Assembly: GCA_965222115.1 (NCBI GenBank)
Contig: CBDCTJ010000003.1
Location: forward strand, 32,001-96,000
Length of the DNA stretch: 64,000 nucleotides
Origin: Planctomycetota bacterium
Lineage (GTDB): Bacteria > Planctomycetota > PLA2 > JAEUHO01
Direction of reading: 5' to 3'
Shown here: in pieces, positions 40,069-48,877 of the stretch
Position numbering within the stretch: the first letter of the stretch is position 1
Layout of the letters: every line of letters starts with the position of its first letter
Notes under the pieces: generated by a model
Databases searched by the model: none
The model's input: the letters and a program-made list of their open reading frames with translations, nothing else
Told to the model about the DNA's origin: nothing
Position numbers and translations under genes: made by a program

Positions 40069-41214
40069 GTGCGATCCAACATCAATCCCAACGTGGTACT
40101 GCGCGGCACCGGGTCCTTCGTTCCACCCAATGTGATCGACAACGACAAACTGTCTACGATGGTGAAGGGCTTTGACGAATCACGATCAGGTGACTTTGGG
40201 ACGTGGGTCGACCAAGTTACACACATTCACGAGCGTCGATTCTCGGGACCCGATGTGCGTAGCTCCGACTTGGCGCGCGAGGCCTCGTTGCGCGCGCTTG
40301 CGTCGGCCGGACTCGAAGCCGGCGACATCGACATGGTGCTCTACGCATCGTTCACGCCCAGTCAGGCGATTCCCGGTGACCACTGTGTCTTGGCGCATGA
40401 GCTGGGCATGAGCTCAACGCCAACGCTACACATTATGGCTGCGTGCGCCGGCTCGATATACGGGCTCGCCCTTGCATACGGCATGATCGAGTCCGGTCAA
40501 TGCAACAACGTGTTGGTGGTCGGTACGGAGACAGCAAGCAAAGCCCTCAACTTCCATGACCCCATTACGTCCATTCTCTTTGGCGACGGCGCGGGTGCCG
40601 TGATTCTCGGACGGGGCGACGGCTCAAACGGCGCGGGTACGCTCAAGCCCGATCTCAGTTTCCTATATAGCGCCCGCAACATTCATCTTGGCAATAGCAA
40701 CATTCCGATTGATGTCGCATCGTTTCCCGACAAGGAAGTGCGCCCGGGCGTTGAACTCGTCGAAAAGTCCGTAGTCGAAATGGAGAGTGGACCCAACGTT
40801 CTGCGCACCGCCGTCAAGAACATGGCGGCCTGTGCGGCGCGTTGTTTGGGCTACGAATCCGAAGCGCTCAAAGCGCGCGATCCCGAGCTACTTGAAACGC
40901 TGTCCAATGCGTGGATCGTCCCCCACCAAGCCAATGGCCGCATTCTCGATGGACTGGCCAAAGAGCTCAAAGTGCCGCAAGAGCGTGTCATGCGCACGGT
41001 CTACGTCTTTGGCAACACATCGGCCGCCAGCAATTTGATTGCACTCGACCACGGCATTCGCCACGGCAACCTCTCGCGCGAACTCGACGAGGAAGGCAAA
41101 GTCCTGTCCATCAAGACACACGACGATCTTCGCATCCAGAAGGGCGATCTCGTGTTGCTACCATCAATTGGCGGTGGCTACCTAATGGGCTGCGCTGGTT
41201 TTCGGATGGGATAG
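40069..41214 (+). CDS. Ketoacyl-ACP synthase III (FabH-like)
   Basis: AACAG, LFGDGAGA, PHQAN and GNTSAAS (Cys-His-Asn triad). GTG 40069 follows GGAG. Confidence 0.88.
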   Translation: MRSNINPNVVLRGTGSFVPPNVIDNDKLSTMVKGFDESRSGDFGTWVDQVTHIHERRFSGPDVRSSDLAREASLRALASAGLEAGDIDMVLYASFTPSQAIPGDHCVLAHELGMSSTPTLHIMAACAGSIYGLALAYGMIESGQCNNVLVVGTETASKALNFHDPITSILFGDGAGAVILGRGDGSNGAGTLKPDLSFLYSARNIHLGNSNIPIDVASFPDKEVRPGVELVEKSVVEMESGPNVLRTAVKNMAACAARCLGYESEALKARDPELLETLSNAWIVPHQANGRILDGLAKELKVPQERVMRTVYVFGNTSAASNLIALDHGIRHGNLSRELDEEGKVLSIKTHDDLRIQKGDLVLLPSIGGGYLMGCAGFRMG

Positions 41215-41223
41215 CACGCGCGC

Positions 41224-44200
41224 TTAGCGAAACGGTTGATTCAAGACGATGACGACACCCGTCGAATCCGTTTTGATGTCTTTGCGAACGCCCTGTAAAC
41301 GCGTAGCCCAGTTGTGGGTAGTCAGCGTGTAAGTGCCGGGTGGCAAACCCTCAAGTTTGAATGCACCGGCGGCGTCCGTCGTCACGGAAGATGACCAATA
41401 CAGCGCCTTTGCAGTTACTCTCGCGCGTGGTAGGGCTGTGCCTCGGAGCGCCACGCGTCCCTCAATGGTCTCCCCCTGCTTGACAACAAGCACAACGTCA
41501 TCCTCGCCTGCCGATATCGGTTCGGAGCGCGCGAATGTGCCCGAATGAGTCGCATGCGCCGTAATGACCCATGTGCCCTTTTTGTCGGGAAGCGTCATTG
41601 TCCACGACCCGTCGGCGCTACTACTTGTTCGGTTTCCATGCGACAAGGCGCCTGTCTTGGTGTCCCAGGCACTGATGACATACTTGACGCCTTCCGGCAA
41701 ATCGCGGATCGTGCCGGACAGGGCGCGTTCGCCAGGAAATACAAACTTGAGATTACTCGCGGGTGCCGGCACGTTCTTGGCAACCGTGATTCGGCGTTTG
41801 CCCAACGAAATTTCGACACGGTACGCGCCTCTCACGAGACCGCTCAAACGGAACACGCCATCGCGATCGGTGTGGCTCGAACGCCCCAAACCACCGGAAA
41901 ACGTGACATACACATCGGGAAGCGGATTTCCTTTCGCGTCGACGACAACACCACTCGCGGACACACCTGTCTGCACGTTGATCACCACGTTCGAGATGCC
42001 CGATTTGATGTTGGTCACAGTTGTTGGCGCGAGTCGAGATCCATCGGAAAACGAAAAAACGTCGGCTTGAAGGGAGACATGCGTGTTTGGTGGTATCCCA
42101 TTTAGTTCAAAGTTGCCATCCTCCCGAAAATACACTCTGGTGGAACCTGCCATTGCCCTGTCCGAAGCGGACCACGTGGCGAGCACACTTCCACCATTGA
42201 GCGTCGTGCCCTTGGGGACTACGACGCGACCTCGAATGAACGATGCGGAACGCAGTCGAAACACAATGTCGTTGGCACCTGGCTTGGCAACTTGCGGAGG
42301 TGGACTGAGAAACGTCTTGGGTGGCGTCACAGCAACCAACGCAGGTTCATCCGCAATGCCTGAGATCTTCCACGTCCCTTTGGGGCCCGTTGTTGCCTTC
42401 TCGCTCCCCACACGTACGGTCGCGCCCATGATGGGATTGTCATGTTCGTCTACGACCGTACCCTCGATGACAACTCCACGCTTTAGGCGAATCTCCAGGG
42501 GCTGGTTGGAGTCATTTACGCGAACCGATGCGATCCGATAAGGAAGTCGCTCGCCGGCTAGGGAGCGCGGATTGGAAACGCGAACGCGATACGGTGGTTC
42601 GCCCATGGCGTAAACGAGGAACGTACCCACGTTCACCGACTTCGTAGGTTTCGCGGAGCGTTGTTTCGATGCGACGGAAATATCGCAATGGGGAATTGGC
42701 TTTCCGTCGGCACCAATAACGGTGACCTGGAGCGAAACTTCTTTACGAGGATCGTACGTCAATCGCAGATCCTGAATCGGAATGTCAAACGACTCACCCA
42801 GTTGAATGCTTCGGTTTCCTAGCCTCACAGAAATGTTCCCTCTCCCCGGCTTCAGATTCCGAATCGTGAATTCGCCAATGTCATTGGTACGTCCACTTAT
42901 CCCATATGTTCTAGAGCCCGAGCCCACACGGTAGGAGCAATACAGAGGAAGTCTCGGGACCGGTGTCCCGTTGGCGCTGTATACAACGCCCGTCACTTCT
43001 ACGGTCGTACCCAACCGAATAATGACGCCCTCTCTGACTTGTCCTACTGTGAGATTGGACACGGGTACCGTGACTGATTCACCGTCATGGTTCACCGAAA
43101 GGTCAATACGCGTGGCGGGCATACTGTGCACTTCGAAGCGCCCCAATGCGTCCGCCGTGAATTTGTAGGGGCCGCCACGAAGCGTCGAGTTCCCTACCGC
43201 AAACACGTTTGCGGTCGGTATAGGCTCGCCATTCGCACCTAATACCGTGCCACGAATAACGCACTGCTTGGTAAGCGAAAGTTCAACGTCTGTTTTCGCG
43301 CCCCCCTGAAGTGAAACGGGATCACTGAAGACGCCAGCAAAGCCGATCTTGCGGGCGTAAAATATCCAATCCGAACGGGGCGCGAGTCCCGAGATCGTGA
43401 ACGTGCCGTCGCTTGCTGACGTACCGATTGAGTGCTCATGGCCACGATGAATGTGCCACAAGTTGCCCATGACGTTTCCATGTGCATCCTTGGCATGAAC
43501 GCTCGCGCCTGCCACAGGATCGCCGTTGGGTCCCAAGACCGTGCCCGAAACCGAGACGCCGTGTGTCAACGTCAAGTCGCGCTCGACGAACGACTCGGTG
43601 CTCGTCAACTCCAGCGTCAAGTGTTCGGGCGGCTTGGGTCTGCCGCCTGAAAAGCCCCGCGAACGTGCCGCCTCAACTTCCGGAACAAAATAGTCTCTGT
43701 GAGATGCCAAGAGTAAGAACCTGCCGGGGCCTACGCGGTCGATGGTATAGCGTCCCTCTACGTCGGTGGTGGTCGTCACTTCTTGTGGTGGATGATGTGC
43801 TAGATATAGAAGCGTCACAACCGCGCCCTCGATTGGCGCGCCTCCGTCCGTGTCGGTCACCTTGCCTCTCACTGTGGCGCCACGCGAGAGCGCCAAGTCG
43901 AGATTGGCCTTGCCATTAGCGGTTACGGATACGGCTTCAAATCCGTCACGGCCCTTTGAAAATGTACGTCCCAAGTATCCCTTCGCGGCGGCAGTGGCAT
44001 ATGTGACGTCGCCCAGTGGTACGTCTCGCAACGAAAATCGCCCGTCAGCGTCGGTCGTTGCAATCAGACTGCAGGACGTCGCTTCAGATTCGCCGCTGGC
44101 GAGCTTTAGGCGACACGTCACGTCGGCTTGCGATATGCCCTCGCCATCAAACGTGTGAACGAACCCGGAGAGTCGGCCCGTATGTGCGGGAACGGTTAGC

Positions 44201-44988
44201 ACTAGAGGCTCGGCAAATGGATAAGGCGCTTTGAAGCCGGAAAAGCGCAATCCGGATGAAAGCGTAACGGTGAACGTCACGTCCTGCTTTGGCACGGCGG
44301 CAAAGTGGAAGGATCCGTTTGACGCCTCATTCGCCGTTTCGCCGCGCCACTTTGTACCCTTCGTGTATCCATACACACTGGCACTCATGGCATTTCCGTC
44401 TTGATCAACTACGCGGCCGTCGAGTGTAACGCCATCAAAGACTACAATTTTCACCGTTGCGGACGTGCGAATCTTCGGCATGAGATACGCTCGCGCCGAG
44501 CCGCCGGCCCGCGGTGCTTCGGTGCGTGCATAGACGGTGTGATAGACGGCCTCGTTCACGCGAAACTCGAAGGACCCATCCGCATCGGACTCCGTTTTGC
44601 CCACGGGCGTCTCATTGAGATACGCGCCACGCGAAAACGCCACCTTTTGAGCGGCTATAGCGTTCGGCGCAGATCGCTGCATATGCCGATAACCCTGCCC
44701 GGGCCAGTTGTCGTTTCGAACCACCGCCAGCGTTACGCCCGGCAACAAGGTCCCTTTTTCATCGACCACGGTGCCTCTGATGACGTACTCGCCCGTGGTG
44801 CTTCCTGTGGAAGGCGTGGCGCGCATCGTTCCCGTGAGTTCTGGATTCTTCTCAACCTGACTCGCGCTTTCACCCTCGAGCGCGTCATCGATCTCCGACT
44901 CTGTCGTGCCATCCTCTTGTAGGAGCCAATACGCAAGCCCCCCACCCAAGAGTGCGATTAAGACGATCGCGACGGGGGCAAAACGCAT
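41224..44988 (-). CDS. Membrane-anchored protein with many carboxypeptidase-regulatory-like beta-sandwich repeats
   Basis: N-terminal TM helix and repeated GxVVD..GxP...TD..GxFxxxGLxPG units. No sigma domain. Confidence 0.85.
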   Translation of the reverse strand: MRFAPVAIVLIALLGGGLAYWLLQEDGTTESEIDDALEGESASQVEKNPELTGTMRATPSTGSTTGEYVIRGTVVDEKGTLLPGVTLAVVRNDNWPGQGYRHMQRSAPNAIAAQKVAFSRGAYLNETPVGKTESDADGSFEFRVNEAVYHTVYARTEAPRAGGSARAYLMPKIRTSATVKIVVFDGVTLDGRVVDQDGNAMSASVYGYTKGTKWRGETANEASNGSFHFAAVPKQDVTFTVTLSSGLRFSGFKAPYPFAEPLVLTVPAHTGRLSGFVHTFDGEGISQADVTCRLKLASGESEATSCSLIATTDADGRFSLRDVPLGDVTYATAAAKGYLGRTFSKGRDGFEAVSVTANGKANLDLALSRGATVRGKVTDTDGGAPIEGAVVTLLYLAHHPPQEVTTTTDVEGRYTIDRVGPGRFLLLASHRDYFVPEVEAARSRGFSGGRPKPPEHLTLELTSTESFVERDLTLTHGVSVSGTVLGPNGDPVAGASVHAKDAHGNVMGNLWHIHRGHEHSIGTSASDGTFTISGLAPRSDWIFYARKIGFAGVFSDPVSLQGGAKTDVELSLTKQCVIRGTVLGANGEPIPTANVFAVGNSTLRGGPYKFTADALGRFEVHSMPATRIDLSVNHDGESVTVPVSNLTVGQVREGVIIRLGTTVEVTGVVYSANGTPVPRLPLYCSYRVGSGSRTYGISGRTNDIGEFTIRNLKPGRGNISVRLGNRSIQLGESFDIPIQDLRLTYDPRKEVSLQVTVIGADGKPIPHCDISVASKQRSAKPTKSVNVGTFLVYAMGEPPYRVRVSNPRSLAGERLPYRIASVRVNDSNQPLEIRLKRGVVIEGTVVDEHDNPIMGATVRVGSEKATTGPKGTWKISGIADEPALVAVTPPKTFLSPPPQVAKPGANDIVFRLRSASFIRGRVVVPKGTTLNGGSVLATWSASDRAMAGSTRVYFREDGNFELNGIPPNTHVSLQADVFSFSDGSRLAPTTVTNIKSGISNVVINVQTGVSASGVVVDAKGNPLPDVYVTFSGGLGRSSHTDRDGVFRLSGLVRGAYRVEISLGKRRITVAKNVPAPASNLKFVFPGERALSGTIRDLPEGVKYVISAWDTKTGALSHGNRTSSSADGSWTMTLPDKKGTWVITAHATHSGTFARSEPISAGEDDVVLVVKQGETIEGRVALRGTALPRARVTAKALYWSSSVTTDAAGAFKLEGLPPGTYTLTTHNWATRLQGVRKDIKTDSTGVVIVLNQPFR

Positions 44989-45104
44989 GGATGCGCTCCC
45001 TTCTCCTTCGCGCATCGGCGGCTCGCCATCACCTCATGGAGCACAGGCCGCGCGCTAGTGAACGCATCTTAGACGATGGACGTCACAAGCGCTTTCTCGG
45101 TCCA

Positions 45105-45140
45105 AAATGAGAAAGAGGGACGACCAGCGCCGTCCCCCCT
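45105..45140 (-). terminator. Probable intrinsic terminator of the PDZ gene
   Basis: On the minus strand, GGGGACG...CGTCCCT is followed by TTTCTCATTTT. Confidence 0.45.
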
Positions 45141-45169
45141 TGGGATTCAACCTGTACTCGCGATGTGAA

Positions 45170-46723
45170 CTAACGCGAAACCGTCATCCGATTGCCGCCG
45201 CGAATGATCTCAAGCGTGAGCGATTTCCCGGGCGCCAGGTGAGGCGCAACGAGGCCGCCCAGATGCGCGTGGCTTTCCACGGACTTGCCGTTCACCGACA
45301 CAATGATGTCGTGTTTGGCAAGGCCCATGTCTGCGGCGGGCGTGCCGGGCAAGACGTGGACCACAATCGCACCCGCACCTTGGCGCAATCCAAGCTGCGA
45401 AGCCAATGCGGGAAGCGGACGAGTCACCTGAGCACCAAGACGCGCGCGGCGCGGGTGGGCGCCGGTGGTGGGGCCGCGCTGACGCGCCGAGCGATTGCGC
45501 CACTCCCTGAGCCACTGGCTACCGGCGCTGGGGCCAAACATCTGCGGCGGGCGAATCTCGAAGGTGGTTCCACCAAGGCGAGAAGCGATCTCGGGGTGTT
45601 CCTTCTTGATGTCCTCGATCGAGTTGCCGGTGTATTCCTTCACCTTCTCATTGCCATCCTTATCGCGTTCGCGAATGCGGACGGTCGCGCCATTCGCGTC
45701 TTCTTTGATTTCAACGCCGCCACTTTGAATCTGAATCGAGACGCTGCCCGGCTGACCGCGATGGATGCGAACTCGGGGCATGCCGGAAAAACCCGGCCAT
45801 GCGCCGCGCTGGCGTGCCGCAATGCGTTGCTTCAACGCATTCATCTGCGGATGATTCGCAAGTTCCTGATGACGCAGCAAGATGTCGCTGAGACTCGATC
45901 CCGTGTACGTCTCTGCAGGTGTGGTTGGCTGATCGACATTGCGAACCTGCAGCTCGTACTTGCTGGGCGCGATCTTACGTAGCGTCAATCCGCGTACGCT
46001 TACGACACGCGGTGCGGACGTGCCAAACGAACCAAAGATGGAGTTGGGATCGATGCCTTGACCATCGAGCATCGAGTTCAAACGCTCCATGGTTTCGTCC
46101 ATGGAACGGCGCATGATTTCGGGCCAACGCTTCTGCATGTCTTCAATGGCACGATCGAGATCTTCGAGGCCCAAGTCGCCACCATTCGCGCCGCCGGAGA
46201 AGCGTTCGAGTTGACGCTTAAGCTCTTCCATGCGCTTGCGGAACGAGTCGTCCATATTGGGTTGACCGAGAGGATTGTTACGCTTGCGCTTGAACGGCGA
46301 CGCGTTCTCGGACTCGTCTTCCGTCTCACTGGTTCGCGGCGCCGGGTTAGGACGCTTGGGTTGAACGGGAATGACTTTGCGTTCAGGCGACGTGTTCGTC
46401 GTAGGCCCTTTCTTACTTGCGCGCAACAACTGCTCCGCACGCCAACGCACCTCGAGACTAGAGCTGTCCTTGGCGGCCTTCTTTAGAAGCGGTTCGGCAC
46501 GGGTACCGAGAGCGGCCAACTGTTCGCTGGCCTGCTCGCGTGTGCGGAAGTCGTCTGCGCCGAGGTCGTCGATCCATTTCTGAATCTGGGAATCGGTTGC
46601 GCTTTCGGGTCCGGCGACTGCGGTGCCGTGCACGCTCAGGGCGCCGATCGCAAGCAGTGTCGCAAGGGCACAGCCGAGCCACACCCGGGAAGATGCTGAG
46701 GAATGACGATTTCGTATGCGCAT
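45170..46723 (-). CDS. Secreted protein with N-terminal HEAT-like helix pair and C-terminal PDZ domain
   Basis: Signal peptide. DLGADDFRTREQASEQL...EVRWRAEQLL and RLGAQV...VLPGTPAADMGLAKHDIIVSVNG...IIRGG. Confidence 0.82.
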   Translation of the reverse strand: MRIRNRHSSASSRVWLGCALATLLAIGALSVHGTAVAGPESATDSQIQKWIDDLGADDFRTREQASEQLAALGTRAEPLLKKAAKDSSSLEVRWRAEQLLRASKKGPTTNTSPERKVIPVQPKRPNPAPRTSETEDESENASPFKRKRNNPLGQPNMDDSFRKRMEELKRQLERFSGGANGGDLGLEDLDRAIEDMQKRWPEIMRRSMDETMERLNSMLDGQGIDPNSIFGSFGTSAPRVVSVRGLTLRKIAPSKYELQVRNVDQPTTPAETYTGSSLSDILLRHQELANHPQMNALKQRIAARQRGAWPGFSGMPRVRIHRGQPGSVSIQIQSGGVEIKEDANGATVRIRERDKDGNEKVKEYTGNSIEDIKKEHPEIASRLGGTTFEIRPPQMFGPSAGSQWLREWRNRSARQRGPTTGAHPRRARLGAQVTRPLPALASQLGLRQGAGAIVVHVLPGTPAADMGLAKHDIIVSVNGKSVESHAHLGGLVAPHLAPGKSLTLEIIRGGNRMTVSR

Positions 46724-47067
46724 AAGAATCTCCGCGAGACAACTCGTGTTGCCGGCCCAATCGGCCTGGATCAAGTCTAGGGGACGCCTAAGCGCCTCCG
46801 ACTTCCCTTACGCAGGATGGGGCCCAGGCGTTTGCAAATTTCGTCCATGGGCAGACATCGCCAGGGCATCCGTGGACCACGAATCGAGCGGGGCCAGCGG
46901 GAGGGTCTCAGGGAGTCCCTGAGCCTGGACATCTTTGATTGCCCGCGAGGAATCGAGGATAGTTCGTGAGCGAGAATGAACGCGTCACGGGCTCCCGAGC
47001 GGGACGCGACTTCGCTCCATGGACGAGTTCTCGGGCGCTTTCGAAAAGTGTTACATCGTTCCTGGCA

Positions 47068-47101
47068 CCGTATCTCCCCGTATCTCCGTGTCTCCGATCT
47101 C
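47068..47101. repeat. Short degenerate tandem repeat
   Basis: CCGTATCTC-C-CCGTATCTC-CGTGTCTC-CGATCTC. Confidence 0.55.
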
Positions 47102-47281
47102 GTGGACGCGGTGCGAACCACGCGCGTACTCGATGCGCGTCAGCTACGCGGGCGCGGCCAGCCGCATCGCAAGTGGCTACTCGGCGTGTTGATCGACCAC
47201 ATCGAACTTCAGTGCTGCTACATCAGTTGAACACCTCGGAGCGTGAGATACGATTCAGTCGTGGCGATTCGGAGGACAAGC

Positions 47282-48418
47282 ATGATCGACGCTGCGATTA
47301 GGTGGAACAGTGCGACCGCGTACTTCTTCTCTGGCGACAGATACGTCCGCTGGAACATCGCCGCGGACCGACCGGACGCACGAAATCCCCGGCCCTTGTC
47401 AACATGGCGCGGTTTGTGGACAGATCGCGTAGATGCTGCCGTGAACTGGGGCAACGGAAAGATCTACTTCTTCCGGGGTGACGAGTACTCTCGATTCGAC
47501 ATCTCCCGAGACCGGGTGGACGAGGGATATCCCAAGCCCTTGCGTTGGCGAGGCCTTTGGACAGACAGGATCGATGCCGCGGTCAACTGGGGGAACGGGA
47601 AGGTCTACTTCTTCCGGGATGACGAGTACGTTCGTTACGACATCGCAACAGACAAGGCAGATCCTGGCTATCCTGCGCGACTAGCCAATTGGAACGGCCT
47701 CTGGGGAGACCGGGTGGACGCCGTACTCAACTACGGCAACGGCAAGGTTTACTTCTTTCGAGACAATAAGTACTGCCGCTTTGACATCGAGTCCGATCGA
47801 GTGGAGACCGCTACGAACTACACGTTTCGCGGCTGGGGAATTCACTTTCATGCTACGCAGAGGGTTGACATTCGTGGGCAGTTGCTTGGTGGCGGCGTGG
47901 TTGTAAACAGGTCGCCGTTCCCTGTGGCAGTCAAGATCGAAGACGACCCGAAGAACAAGGATCAGTCGACGATACGGTGGCTGCCTACGGGACGTCACGA
48001 ACTGGCGATCGATGGGATCGCGCCAAACAACCAAGACCGTGGGCGCGTCATCAAGGTGAGAGACGGTGGCGACTGTTTCGTCGATCCGGATGGCGCGGTG
48101 ACCTGCTACCACCTCCTCGACATCATCGGAGAGGGCGTGTTCGTAGATGATCCAGCAGTGATTGGACGGGCAGACTGGGCCGAACTCGTCGCCGTCGCGG
48201 ACCGCATCACTGCGGATCAGAAGGCAGAACAAGCCGAGACTCGAAGGCGATTAAAGGAAGCGGCTGATGAGGCGGCGCGCGACGAAATCTTGGCAGAGAT
48301 CGACCGTCGTGAGCGCGAAGCGCGAGAGTTTCAAGAGAGGCTTGAGAGGTACGACAGGGGAGAACGTGATCCCGGTGAAGCACCTCGGCGGATGGACGAA
48401 ATGCGCGACCCGTTCTAG
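47282..48418 (+). CDS. Hemopexin-repeat protein with unknown C-terminal domain and coiled-coil tail
   Basis: SD GGAGG plus ATG 47282. Four (V/I)DAA..WGNGK.YFFR.D.Y.R.D repeats. Confidence 0.88.
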   Translation: MIDAAIRWNSATAYFFSGDRYVRWNIAADRPDARNPRPLSTWRGLWTDRVDAAVNWGNGKIYFFRGDEYSRFDISRDRVDEGYPKPLRWRGLWTDRIDAAVNWGNGKVYFFRDDEYVRYDIATDKADPGYPARLANWNGLWGDRVDAVLNYGNGKVYFFRDNKYCRFDIESDRVETATNYTFRGWGIHFHATQRVDIRGQLLGGGVVVNRSPFPVAVKIEDDPKNKDQSTIRWLPTGRHELAIDGIAPNNQDRGRVIKVRDGGDCFVDPDGAVTCYHLLDIIGEGVFVDDPAVIGRADWAELVAVADRITADQKAEQAETRRRLKEAADEAARDEILAEIDRREREAREFQERLERYDRGERDPGEAPRRMDEMRDPF

Positions 48419-48684
48419 TCCGGCTCAGCGTCCGCATTGCATCAAAGTGGCGCATCGCGCGACAGTCTGCAGATGCAACGACGGAGATCACCTCCGCCCT
48501 AATGATGTGAGCCGATTCGATGAATGGTCAAACTGCTAGAGATACCAGATACAGTTCCGCGTTTTTCCCCCCCAACTTCATGACCTATGTCCCGTACCAA
48601 GATGCGTGGAACGAACAGCCGATAATGTTCGCACCGTACGATTTCGGTTCTACATGGGGCACCGGGAGTGCGTGTACGTCTCCG

Positions 48685-48802
48685 CCGCCCTGTCAGGGCG
48701 GATCTCTTGTGGGTGAACGCTGACCCAGGGTTTCGCGCCGCTTCGCTTGTACAGGGTTCGCTTCGCTCACCCTTAGCTATCAGCTTTGGCTCCTTCGGAG
48801 CC
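48685..48802. repeat. REP-like composite palindromic element
   Basis: CCGCCCTG-T-CAGGGCGG, a CAGGGTT..CGCTTCGCT unit present twice, and GGCTCC-TTC-GGAGCC. Confidence 0.55.
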
Positions 48803-48877
48803 GTGTCCCTTTTACCGCGCCCAATGAGCACAACGTCGTCTATCAGGCCGTGCTTGGTGCCCTTCGTGTCCTTGGTG

